From assembly GCA_036172245.1 (NCBI GenBank), contig JAYWIR010000018.1, forward strand, positions 1,488,001 through 1,552,000: 64,000 nucleotides of DNA, written 5' to 3'. The stretch is from Raillietiella orientalis. Its lineage: Eukaryota. Under the pieces are notes generated by a model. It saw nothing but the letters and a program-made list of their open reading frames with translations, was not told the origin of the DNA and did no database searches. A program made the translations under genes and the position numbers. This document shows, piece after piece, positions 12,601 to 25,200 of the stretch. Position 1 is the stretch's first letter; each line of letters starts with the position of its first letter.

Positions 12601-15600
12601 TTTTAGTTGCAAATTTCTTGCATGTCCTAAGGGAATTCCGAGTTGTGTTATTCTAGGGTTTCTCGTGGCTGGGGAACCGTCGCGGGAACAGATCTGCGTT
12701 AATAGCAGATCCGTTCCGTGTGCCCACCATCAAAAAACAACCAGAGTAGAACAGGACTCCGGACCAACGAAGTGAGATTCGCGTTTTGGATGAGTCAAAT
12801 TTTGCGCTGGAAGCTGTGCGGTTTTCAAGTGTATTTATCGTCCTTGGGAATTTCTCAATGCTCTTCGACAACCGTGCGTCGACGGACGCATCCTGGAAAC
12901 TGGGGCGTCGCTCAGAGTTGCTCACCGTGCAGTGTATTTGTGGTCCGCCAATCAAAGCGGCTAGCAGCAAAGGGCAGCTTCCGTGGGCCCATAGGTGCAG
13001 AAGTCGCTGCCAGACCTGTTCCTGCCCTGGCGCTCCGTTTGAACCAGTTGATTCTGTTTCAAGGAGCAGTGCTCAATCTGCTGGGTAATTTTCCCGTCCG
13101 GTGGACCGATTGAAGAAGCCTGCTGAACTTTCCAAGCGCATGGGGATCATTCGTTCACAATGCACGGAGAATCACGCGCAGCTCAGCCTTTGCTCCTCTA
13201 ACCATACTTCGCAAACGGAGGCAGTGATGAGCGTCTGGAAAAATAGCTCTGTTCACCATCATGGGATGCTGCCCGTTCGGAAACAGGGCTTGGTTGCTTG
13301 CGCGTGTCGGCGAAATCAAAAGCCAGACTCCTGGGTTTCCCTGGGAAATTGTGCGCAAGAGGCTCAAGCCGGCAAGCGATTGTTTTTTGATGGAAGTATG
13401 CTGCTCGCTCCTCTAAGCCGCGAGAAGCACGCTGAAGAATCGAAGTCTCGCAGCACCGTAATTTTCCGTCTGCGACCGTACAACTGTCCTGGGTGTGCTG
13501 ACTACGAACCTTCCTCGCCGAACTCGATGAGGCATCGAGTTCGGCGATTCGCCGCTGCCTGACTGCTGAAGGGCCCTTCCTCGATGGCCTCTGCTGATCC
13601 AGGAAGCATTCCAGAGAATTTCGAGGAGAAAACAAGCTTTCTTTTAAGATCATCGGCGCTTCCTGTGATCAGTGCGTTTCTTTTTCACAAGCAGGGACTT
13701 TCGCCGAGCTGAGGCAAGACAGAGGAAGGGAGAGGAAAGGGAGCGCTGTCACTTTATTCATCTCCGGACTCTCTCAAGAACGAACCCAATCTTCCTGGCA
13801 CGGCTCGCCGGACTGCCGGGAGAATATCCACAGTGTGGCAGAAAGAGTTTCCCGTCCGGATCGTGAGAGGGCAACCCTATCGTTCCGGCCGATTCCAAAG
13901 TATTCCTGCGGCAGCTTTTTGCTGCTGCCGCGTTTGCAAAGCAGTGGGAAGATGGGACAAGTGCAAGACGACGGGAGCGATCTTGAGCAAATCCGAACGC
14001 AGCAACGGATGCGCCGCTGCATTCCATCCATCCACCTTCTCCCTCCTCCCCTCATCCCCCCCCCCTTCCTTTCAAGGAATAAAAATACAAACACAATCGA
14101 TGTCTCCCTGAGGTGTTTGAGCAGACACTCGTCGGTTTCCCAGGATTGTCTTGCGCAGGATCTGATATCAGTGGCGGTGACGCAGTTTGAGTCCAGGAAG
14201 ACGGAGGAGCATGCTTCCCCTGAATTCGAAATTCGGTATTCCGGGAGCGCGCGTCGTCACATCGATCGAACCGCCGCCGTTTCCCGTAAAGACGCGCAGT
14301 GTTGGATTTCGGAAGGAGGAGGAATCTCCATATGTCGCGTGACTCGTTCCTTCCCTCCAACCTTCCCTGGTCGGGAGAGGAACGAGGAACACGAAAAGGA
14401 GGCTGGCGCCGAAGCAGGCTGCTGCGCTTTTCCCTGAGGAATTTTCGGGAAACTTTCTCGACGGGAGGTGTGACCCGACTCGCGCCGGTTTCCTTGCTGC
14501 TGCCACGCCGGGGACCGGCCGGCCCTTTCGTCCTCCTCCTCGTGGTCTCGGTCTCGGTAGAGGCTTCTGGCACTTCCTCGCATTCTTCGCGATCCGCCAC
14601 CGCCTCAGCGAGCGCTGGCATCGCTTCTCCATGGAGCCTGCTGCACTCCCGCTGGAAGCGAACACGCAAGCAGAATGCAAATCCCCTCTGACACGGCCGT
14701 TCGGGGCACCCCCAGCGCGAACCTTCGTGTCGATGGGCGTAGCCGCAGGGGCATCCGTCGCTCCTTCCGTGCTTCCTTTTTTGCTTTTTTGCTTTTTTTT
14801 TTTTTTGACTTTGCCTTTCATGAGCGGCGGCGACAGCAGCAGAAGCAGACGTCTCGCTCGCGAAGATCTCTGATCCTCCAGCATTCCTCTCCGAGTGAAA
14901 CGAGGGAGGAAGACCGTGAAACAAAACGTAGGTCCGGCTGCTCGTTCCGCGTGATGTCCAGGCTGATACGGACCCTGGAGACCACGGAAGGAGCGATGTC
15001 CAGATGCGTGCGCTGAATACGGATAGACCACGCCCTGAGCGGCATCTACGTGGAGGCAGCGGCGGTGTGTGCGATCTATTGATCGCGTGAAAGGGGAGGG
15101 GGAAGGAAGGAGGAGGAGTTTTCGGAATGTCAAAGGTCTGGAGAAGCAGGACACGAACGCTCTCAGGACCTTTCCAGAAGCACTGGCAGCAGCCAGAGGG
15201 CGAGGCGGAGCCAGAGCTGCGAGCGGCGACCCCCCCCCTCTCCCTTCTCCTTTCCTGCCGAAGATTTCTTATTCTTCCGCATCCGTCCATGGCCTCCAGA
15301 GAGAGTGCCGAAGGAAGGCGGAAGTGGTGGGGAGGCTTCGTGGCAGCCCCACGAAAGCTGAGTTGTTCCTTCCTCGTGCCCTTTCTCGGGACCGGGGAAA
15401 AAGGGAGGAGAGAAGGCGATCCGCCCTTCACCGGCCTCGGGCAGACTAGGTCAACCGCGGAAACGACGGGAACAAAACAAAGCCAAAAAAAAACGGCGCG
15501 GAGGCCAGGCAGAGTTGGAGATGCCCTGGAGCCAGCTGCTCGCAAGGGCGAGCTTACACCCCTCGCATCTCGGCCTCGCCCTGCAGTCTCGCACAGCCCC

Positions 15601-18600
15601 TCTTTCGGAAATGATGGAGGAGGGCTCCCAAGAGGAGGTGCTTCCATGGCAACGGGAAGCCGTCCATTCTCCCTTCCCCTCGCCGCGTGTTCCGCGGCGA
15701 ACGGGGGGGAGGGGGGGGGGAAAGGGCATAGCCAGGTTCGCTGCCATTTTGGCTTTGTGGCTTCCGCCTGCTTCCGTGTGCGCGCGCACGCCGACCTTGA
15801 ACAGCGCGGGAGAACGAGAAGGGTGAAGGTCTCCGTGCCCGCAGGGGTCAGCTCCGACCGCGAACCAGGGTGGGAAAGAAGTCGCTTGGAGGGTTCGGGT
15901 TTTGCCGCCTCCGGTCACTACGGCCCTCGCTGGGGCCGGGGAAGCCGCCCTCGATCGCAGTTCGCGACACGGGCCTCGGAGCATTGGCGGCGGCGTGCTG
16001 CAGGTCAGGGAGGCTGCGGGCAGCACCGCCGCCGAGCGCGCACGGAAGCCGCCGTCTGCCACAGCGACAGCAGCTGGAGGAGTGACGGAGCTCCTGAGCA
16101 GGCTCCGGACGATGGGAACGAGCTCGCGGCCTAATTGGGATCCAGGTCGTTCTCCCAAGATCGGCGGAGTGGCGCAGGGGGAGCAGGAAGGGAGATGGCT
16201 GAGTCTGAGGATGGTAGACTCTCCCCCTTCCCTCCCCACACACAAACACATCGTAGGTGGCGGAGTTTGGGTAACCTGGTAACCGCAGCGACGGATGAAG
16301 TTTTCCGACGGGCGATGGGGCGACGCAGCGCCCAAACCCTGAGGGCACCTCCCTCGGAAGAAGGCACTCACCGCATGGAACCCACAGCAGCGCCGGCAAC
16401 GCTGCTACCCTTTCTGCCATCTGAGAAAAGGTCGAGGGGGGGTCGGCCTCCCCCTCCTCCGGACAGATCTCTGAGGATATCCCTCGCCGCCGGAGGAACG
16501 GCGGCAAGAGCGACGCCAAGGTCACTCCCAACACCGCGGGCGCGCTCGCTCTCTCTCCCGGAAGGACAGGAGCTCGGCTGCTGCTGCTGCTTGTCGCGTG
16601 GGAGGACGACGCTTTGGAGCACCGCCAGGGGCGAATGCCTCGGGGCGGGCGTGGAGGGAAGGCGACGGTCTTCCGGGCGCGCCCCGACGGCGGCGGCTGC
16701 AGTCTCCCGAGATAGGGCTCTTGATGAAAGGCCCTTCGGCCCTGTAAGCACCAGGAGGCGGCCGGTAGGGGGCCTGGTCCACCCGTCCCCGAGAAGGGGG
16801 AAGGTCGTCGTCGTACCCGCCCGCGGAGGCAGGCAGGAAGGGACGTCCGCGGCGTGTTGCCTTCCCAGCAGTGGGAGGCGCGACAGCGCGGTTCCTCCTT
16901 CCGCTATGAACGGCTCGGATCTTCGGGCCGGAGGGGCTGCTAGGATAGGAGGGTTCATGATCCGCCCCCGTCGACAGGGGACACCGATGGCGGTGGGGGC
17001 TCTTTGGGGAGGCACCCGAGCGCACGACGGCGGTCGCCACGCCTTCCGTGGTCGCGAGGAGAGACGAGGACGAGCGCCACCAGCAACCCGTGCCTTCGCC
17101 AGTCCGTAGGAGTGCAAGACGGGGGGAGGAGAAGGAGGAGCAGCACCCCAGCGCTCCTCGCCTCCCGGTGGACCACGCAGCTTCCGAAGTCTTCGGAGCG
17201 CACCCGTTCCCGTTTTCTTCTTCTTCCCGCTTCCCGGGAAAAGCTGCGGGCCTCCTCGCAGAACCTTCCCTGGGTGGAGTTCTCTCCCGCGAAGTTTTCC
17301 CCAGGCTTCTGAGAACGCTTCACCGTGAGGTGACCTTCCCCCACCCGATCCCCGGGACCGGCGAAGTTTCCCAATGGAGTGACCGCCGCAACCAGCCCGC
17401 CATCACACCGTGAACTTTGCTCCCACGAATTCGGCGCTTTCTCTGGTGGACGGCGTGTGTCCACCGTTCACAGTCGCCCCCCTGCGGAACAGCCAGGTTC
17501 GTTTCCTGCTGCTGCTCCTCCCCTCTCCCCCACCACCGCCGTCTTTGCCTCTCCCACCGCTTTTGTGCGATAAAAGTTCCCTCCGCCAGAGGGCCTTGGA
17601 TCTTCCCTGAGACGAGACGTGGTCGCCTGAAGGGTGGCTCGTGGTGCTGCATCGCAGCCTCTCGGAGGAGACACAGGGCGCGAAGGTGTGCCGCGCGGAG
17701 GGGCGGCGGCCCGCGGATTCTCCTCGGAAGCGCCTGCAAGGAGCGTTGCGCGCGCGCGCTGCCCGGCAACCCCGCCGACCGCGGGACCGCCAGCCTCGCG
17801 GTCGGTGAAAGCGCGCGCCGAGGGAACCGGAAAGGCCGGAAAGGGTGGGATGGGGCGGGGAAGGGAGGGGAAGACGTGGAAGCACGCGGCATGCTCCGTC
17901 TTGCATTCGTCATGGGGCTCGCGGGGGTGAGATGGGGCTGCCGGGGACCCCCGAGAACCGACGTGGGAACGCAAAGGGTGGGAAACGGCACCGGACGGAC
18001 GGCGAGCGCGGGCGTCCGACCTGGTGTCGGGAACGCGGGAGGGAGGACCCGCGAGCAGCTGTGCTTGTGGTGGCGGCAGGGGCCTCCGGCGGAGACATGA
18101 CCCTGCTACCCGCGGGATCTTCCGATCCACTCGCCGGGTGTCGCGCGCGTGCGGAGGACAGGAGTCCGCCTTGCCGAGCCGCCGCCGCCGCCTACGAGAG
18201 CGGGGAGGAAGAGGAGGGGGGGGAGGGAAAGCGCGCGAAAACGCGGCTGCAGGTGCGAGTGAGGCGCCTGTGCGACGGCGGGGTCCACGCGCCATCGCTG
18301 GCGACGAGGAGCAGAAGAAACAGGTCGGAGCGCTGATCCCGAGCCGCACGCTCTCCCGCTCGAGAGCACAAGCCCTCTCGGCCTTCCCGCCCGCCGCCTT
18401 CTCGTCGCCACTTTCTCTTCGGGGCGCGCCTCTGAAGTGCCGAGGAGTCGCGCGCGCATGCTCCGAGCGATCCTGCCCTCCCCGGGATCTGCCTGTTCCC
18501 GAAACCGAGCCTTCCCTCCCGATCCCCGAATGCCGACATGGGTGTCTACTTCCTCGCACTCCCTCCGCGGGTGGAATGCGGCTGCCCCGCGCAGGAACGG

Positions 18601-19581
18601 CACAGAACGGAGGCCTCCCTCGCTCTGAAGCCACCTGCCCCTTACTCCCCGTTGCAGGACAGGGCTGCCCGTTGCGCCGCGGGAACAGGAAGTGCATCCG
18701 GGTCACGCGAGTCACCTGGGGGGGGGGGGTCCGCCGCGCCATCTTCAGGCGGTATCAGCTTCATCCCCTCTTTTTTCCCTTCCCTCCCTGCTGCGGCAAC
18801 GGAGAAGAGGGCAGGTAGCTTACATGACCACCCTTGGGATCAGCGTGCGTCAGGCAGGAGCGCCTTCCTACGCTCGCATCCTCCTCCTCTTTCTCCCCCT
18901 CCTCATCGTGCTCAGTGTTCTCTCCCTTCTCCCGTCCACCCCACACGCGAGAGAGCCTTTCTGCTCCAGGAGGATCGATCCCGCCGGCACGTCGAGCCGA
19001 GTTGCCTAGGCGACGGCTGTGTTTTCCCACTGCTGCAAGCCGGGCTCGTTTCCCTGCCGCCGCCGCCGCCTTGCCAATCCTCTCTCCCGGCGCGTTTCCT
19101 AGGAGCCGTCGCCGTCGCCACCTGGTGTCCGGCACGCGAGGTTTCGGGCGGGTTGTTGTGTGGCGCCGCCTAGACGTCCGCGAAAGTCACCGGCGTGATG
19201 GAGATCACTGGGGGGAGGGGCACTCGAGCGGAGCGCCCACCGAGCCTCGTTTCCATGACGACGTCAACGCGGCGGCTACCACTTCCCTGCCGGACCTGCG
19301 GATTCCGATGAGAGACCACCACCTTCCGTTCAATCCGGACGCGGTGTGCTTCCCGGTAGCGCCACAGGGAAAAAGTTTGCTGGCTGTTCTCTGTTGGACA
19401 GATGCCCGCCAAGGAATCCGAAAGTGGCCTCGGGGAGAACCCACGCCATGAAATCGGAAGCTGCACTCCCTTCCTCCCCGCTCCGTTCCCTTCGAATAGC
19501 GCCCCTGACTTCTCGGGAAATCCGGAGTAAATCGTACGGCAGCTGGGAAATCCGCGGAACCTTGAATCTCAGACGAATGAG

Positions 19582-19617
19582 TGACGTCAGCGGAATCGTA
19601 GCGCGCTCCTGACGTCA
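19582..19617. promoter_or_regulatory. Pair of palindromic CRE/ATF sites (TGACGTCA)
   Basis: Exact TGACGTCA at 19582-19589 and 19610-19617, starts 28 bp apart. Confidence 0.5.
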
Positions 19618-20019
19618 CGCCGCCGCTTTGCAGACGGATCGCCCTCCAGTTGTAACGACGCGCGCGCGAACGGCCCCGCTTTCGATCGCCATGTCGACGT
19701 CGCGAGATCCGTTTTTTATGGGCGCGATGCACCTACGGGGGCGTCGGACGAACCCTGAACCTGATCCTCGTTCCGTGGGTGCCGCCGGATGAAACGGACC
19801 GCGGGACGCACAAAAGAGGGCTGCGCGACTCGGAAACGCGTTCCTGCCCACGGAAGGGGGCGACTGGGGGTGACCAGAGTGGCGGAATCAAAGGACCGGT
19901 CCGCGCTCCGAAACAAAAGCGTTCCTTTCACTTTCGCGATACGATAAACTCGTAAATCACCGGCCCCCATCGCCGACGAAACTCTGCATCCCAATTCACG
20001 CAGAGCACCGCTTAAGCTT

Positions 20020-20050
<31 letters not shown>
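20020..20050. repeat. (CA)n microsatellite
   Basis: About 13 perfect CA units followed by cgcac. Confidence 0.95.
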
Positions 20051-20051
<1 letters not shown>

Positions 20052-20450
20052 AAACAAAACGAAAAAAACGCGAATCGACGAGAGGAGGAGGAGGAGGGGG
20101 GAGGAGGAGGGTTTGCATGGCCTTAATGCATTTCCCGAGCTCTGATCTTCGTCTGCGTCCCTCGCTCAGTACATTTAACGAGCTTTCAAACCGTGATTTG
20201 CGTACCCTGCTTTTCGCCGAAGTATTAATAAAGCTTTCTCGTAGATTAGACGCTCAATAGATGTCACATAAATCCGTTGCATCGTGAAACCTCAGTCGAG
20301 AAGCACTGAATCTTTCGCGCGAAAATTTCCCAGACAAATTATTACGTCTGAACGACATGCAAATGTCCGCTCACTCTTTTTACTTCCTGTAATGCTCCGC
20401 TCTGGTTAAACAAAAAGCATGTGACCACAATGTTCCCGCACCTTGTCACA

Positions 20451-20492
20451 GACTGACGCAACGTGCAGTCCGGGTGATCGACATTATAATAG
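20451..20492 (-). promoter_or_regulatory. Candidate Pol II core promoter (TATA-like element plus arthropod Inr TCAGTC)
   Basis: Minus strand has TATTATAAT at 20491-20483 and TCAGTC at 20456-20451, followed by an AT-richer leader. Spacing is slightly long (-34) and orientation is ambiguous, since TATAATAGGG reads on +. Confidence 0.35.
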
Positions 20493-21248
20493 GGACGGAG
20501 ATTTGCGGAGCCGCTTCCAGCAGGCCCGATGCTGCCGCTTGCGGTCCTCGGCGTGTGCGTGCGGCGGATGCTGCCTTCCTCGACGCAACGGCGACCGCGG
20601 ATGGCCCGCCGTGGTCGCGGTCAAGTAGCCAGCACGGCTTTCGGCGGCGCCAGCAGCGGCACCGCGCGCTCGCCGGCAGCAGCGGGAACGTCCGCATCCT
20701 TCGGGAGAATCCACTGAAGGAGTGGGTCTCTCCCTGTAGCGGCGGCGTGCTGCATTCCTTCGGAGAAAGTCCTTCGACGGCGACCGCAGGTGAAGGGAGG
20801 AGATGGCGGTCTCTCGCAGCTGCCCTACTTTTTATCGACGCGACAGGTCGCTCGCCGCTGTCTGAAGGGCTGTCCGAGACGCCGCGGAGAGCCTTCTCCC
20901 CAGCGCCGCCGCGTCCCGACCTGGGAGGGGGCGGGTGGGAAACCACCACCCGGGAAACTCTGCTTCCTTGAACGGCGGCGGCTTCCGCGCCTCTCCTGCG
21001 TAAACCTGCCACTCCTCTCCCCCCCCCCCCTTCTTCCCCGTTGCCTCAGCAATGAAAACCGCTGGAGGAAAACGACGAGTGCGTCTGCGAGCCGCTCGCG
21101 CTCCAATGGCAATCTCGCGAGGAGGAAGATGTGCGCCCTCTGTCGCAAGATTCCTTCTTTTTATCTGAAAGTGATCTTCTTTTCTTTCTCCTCTTCTTTT
21201 TTTTTTTTTTTTTACGTACTCCGGGATGTTCACGCTAACATATACACA

Positions 21249-21287
21249 GCACGCGCGCGCGCGCGTGCGCACGCGCGCACGCACACA
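21249..21287. repeat. Alternating purine-pyrimidine (CG/CA) tract, Z-DNA prone
   Basis: gcacgcgcgcgcgcgcgtgcgcacgcgcgcacgcacaca, 39 bp of uninterrupted RY alternation. Confidence 0.85.
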
Positions 21288-22172
21288 GTCACACTTTACC
21301 TCGAGGTTCCAACTGGGTTGCATTCTTCCGCATGTAAATGGGCGATGCGCTCCCTTGGATGGCGAAGACACGAAATGATCGCCTCTGTTTGCGGAGGATC
21401 GATGAGACGATCCGGCATCTCCACGCGCGAACATTCGGCGTGCACGTGAGTGCGCGCATGCGCGCCGAATCGATATCCATCCTTGCGGTGGCCGCCATCC
21501 CGTGCACTTTTCCTTCTGGCGCTCTCGAAGACGATCCTTCCCTCCCCTCCCCCTCACGTGCGCAGAGAAAAACCGGCCGATCCTACAGCGCTCTGGGGAG
21601 GCAGAGAGGAGGGAGAAAGACTCCAGGGACCTTTGCTTACCCGCCCCATTTCGTCACCCGTTTGCGTCCTCCCCGCCCTCCCCTAGCTGAACTGAGATGA
21701 GGCGGTGTCTGGGTGCCCAAGGAAGCGCGCGCCATGGGGGGAGGGAGCGGCTGCCTGTACCCTTCTTCTCGGCTGGTGACCTTCAGATGCTCTTGCTGAG
21801 ACGAAGCAGCGAGCCTCCCCAGCGGCGCGACGGAGGGCGCTGCCGCTGGGTCTGCAGGCGAACCCGCGGGCCGCTGACGTCCGGTGCCTGCGCCCGGGAG
21901 AACGAGCGCAGGGGCGCGACGGCGGGCGGCATCGCGCCAGCCGGAAGGAGATCCGGGCTCCATCCTTCAGATCTCCCCGGAAGCGGCCCCGGAACGACGC
22001 TAGCAGCGCACCACGGCGCTTTCGGCCGCCTGCTGTCTCGCAGCGACGCCGGTGGCAGCCGACCGGCTCTCGTGGCATTCCGTGCTTGCGCACCTCCTTC
22101 GTCTTCTTGGGAGTTCCGGCCAATGCACCTGAGACGAGGAATTCCTGGGGCTTTCCGCTTCGGAAAACTGCT

Positions 22173-22295
22173 GGAGAAAGGAGGAAAGGAGAAGGGGAAG
22201 GAAGGAAGGAGGAGGAGGATAAGGAAGGGGAGAGGGAGAGAGGAGAAGGAGGTAGAAAGGAAGAGGAGGATGCAAGGAGGAAGAGGAGGAGGAGA
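22173..22295 (+). repeat. Polypurine (GA-rich) low-complexity tract
   Basis: About 120 bp almost entirely G/A, made of ggaa/gga/gaga units. Confidence 0.85.
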
Positions 22296-25200
22296 TGTTT
22301 CCTCAAGACCCGCTCTCTCGCACTGGTCTGATCTCCCTCCCTGCTTGGTGGGATCCGGCCTCGGGACGTGTGATACCCGGACTCGGAGTGGGCAAGAAGA
22401 AGCGAGCTGCAAGGCGGGGCCACATTGCCCCCATCCACGCGGGCAGCGCAGGGCGACTGCTCGTCCGTCTTCGCTCCAGACGCGGATACGTGCTGCAGGA
22501 GGTTCGCTTCCCGATAGACCGGCGGAAGTTTTGGTGTCCGGCGGAAAAATACGAGACTGCTACCCCTGAGCCAATCAGGGAAGGGGAAACGGGACGATGG
22601 GAGGGTTGGAGAGCACAGACCATGGGCAGGCACGTCCGGCTCCTCCCTGCCTCTCCTGAGCGGGGGGACGGTCTCAGCAACTCCCGGAGGCATTACCTTG
22701 GGACGACGACGGATACGATGCTTTCCCATGGGCGGGGATAGTAGGTCATGCGGACAATACCTTTCGGAGGGCGCAGCCCGGTGACCCTCGCGTGGGTGCC
22801 TCGTGGAGGCCGCTCAAAGGGCAGCTCAAGAGGTAGAAGGGAGGGACAGAGCGGGTGAGCAGAAATGGGTCGGTGCCTCCACATCCCTGACGAACCCATT
22901 TGGAGCCAAGGTTGAGGGCCCTCCCGTCCCTGCTTTCCTCTCAGTTCCGAAGAGGAATTTCGTATCCGGTCTTCTCACTGGAGTCTGTGACCGTGGGGAG
23001 TCGGGATCCCGGCTTTCCCGTCGGGACCCAGTCGCTTGCCAGGCGGAGAGGCACATCCTCTTCTCCCTCGCCCTCTTCCCTTCTCCCTCTTCTTTCTTCA
23101 GTAGCTTTCCGAAGAGGAGGAGAAGGAGGAGAGAGAAGGGAACGTTCCCTTGGCAACGGCCTTTGGGTGGTGTCGCGCCCTGGAGTGACGGGGTCACTCG
23201 CCATCCCTCGGCGTGCAGAGTGCATGGCGAGAGGGAATTCCGGGGACCGCGGACGCAGACGCACTTTGGCTGGCTAAGCGTCCACCCACCCTTCCCTCGG
23301 GGAGCGACAGCTTCGCGTGTCCCTCCTTCTCCCCCATTTCCCCATAGGAAGACACGCTCCTGGAGGCGAGCCCGCTCTGCGGGGAGCAAGTGAAGGGGAG
23401 GCAGGAGGAAGGGAGCAGGGGGATTCCGGGGGGCCGGCGGTCGAGGACCGCTCTCGGTACGAACAGAGATGGTCGTCCCGTCGCCCGGGACCCCTCCGCA
23501 TCCAAGCGGCGTCTCGTCTTCGCCGCCTCCCAACTTCCCAGGGGCGCGCTCTTGACCCACTGACGCCCACCCACAGCGCGGCATCAACTTACCCCCCCCC
23601 CAGCCTCCTTAGCAGGGCCATCTTCGTCCCTCTTCCGGGCTGCAGCGGAGGTCAGGAGGGGGGTAGGGTATCAACGAAGATTTTCGGACGCGGGGAGAAT
23701 CCCCGTGGTTAGTCGGGAGGCACGCGCCTCCCCCTTCCCGTGCCACAGCTTGGAAGCAGTATGGAGTCCCCTCTCGTCCCCCCCTTTCCCCTCAGAGGAG
23801 ATGGCCCGGCTGGCGGAGAACAAGGCAGCAGAAGTTGGTTGGCTTTCGGCCGCCTTCGGTAGTCCTCGCCGGTCGAGTCCTTCCGGCGGCAGGCGGGAGA
23901 AGGCTGCCGCCGCCGCGGGCCGGCCGCGGGGCCCGCGCCCCCGACTTCCGCTTCCTCCGCTATCGGAAGCGGCGGTTCCGGAAGGCCCGAGGACGACGTT
24001 CGGTCGCATTCCTCCTCCTTTGCTTCCACTCTCCTCCCTCCCCCAGATGCCCCCCTCCTTTTTTTTCTGACAGTAGGACAGACGAGAGTTCATCTTCTCG
24101 CGCAACAGAGGGTCGATCCGAAAGGGGTCTCCCAGGAGGAGGTGGTCCGTACTCTCACCCTCTTGCCTCTTTCCTGTCCCCCGTGATCGCTGCACGCCCC
24201 TCTGCATACCCGGGGACGGTGCTTCCCTTGGCACACGCCAGATGGCAGCGCCAGTCCTGTCGCCGCCGAACCTCCCCCCCAAGCCGCTGCCCCGGTTCGT
24301 GGTCACCCATCCCCTCCACATGGGGCACGTGCGTGCATGTGCGTATGGGGGGAGAGAGGGAAATAAGGCAGAAGGGGGAGGACTAGAATAAGGCAGAAGG
24401 GAAGGTACGATCCCTAGTCCCCGTCGGTCGCCGCCTTCCTTTGCGGCCTTCTGACCCGCCCCTTCCGACCTCGGAGGATTGTTGGGTCATGGTCCGGCTT
24501 TCCTCCCTCCTGACCCAAGTTCCCTGGTTGCTGAGGTGCGGCGCCGGCGGGTTGACCGCCGTCACTACGCCTCGGCGCAGCCTGCCCTGGCCTTCGGCAG
24601 CAGGGGTGGGTGGGTTGGAGCGGAGACTCTACTCCCCCTACTCCTGCTCCCTCCTTGCCCTGCTCTTCATGGGGTCAGCCGGAGCACAGCATCGAGTGGA
24701 GGAAAAGAGAGGGGGAGGAGGAGAGCGAGAGGCGCCTCCCCGCCGCCGTCCCTTCGTCTTCTGCTCTGGGGAGGAAAGGGGGGAGGGGAGAGACCGCGTG
24801 CGGTCTCCGAAATCCGTCTTCGCCCCCGTCCTTGACAACACACAGTCCCGCCGCCGCAGCTGCGGGCTCGAATTTCATCCCTGCGGCCCTTCCACCCCTT
24901 CCCCATTTCGCGCGCCGCCGTCGCCACCTCCAAGAGGCTCTGGCATTCCTGCGGAGTGGGGTCTTGCCACACATGCGAGGAAGGAGAGGGGGGAAGGGGA
25001 GGAGGCGAGCGAAGCGTATGGAGGCTCGCCCACCCGCTCGCTCGTCCACACTGGGAGTGCACGTGGACGGCAGAGGGAAGGAGGTAACTCCGCCATCACT
25101 GGAGGGCACCCGTGGTGCTACGGGAACCCTTTGTGGGCTCTTCTGGGCGTCCACTCTTCACAGGAAGGGACGGAGAAGGAGGCGTCCCGCCAACCTGCCT

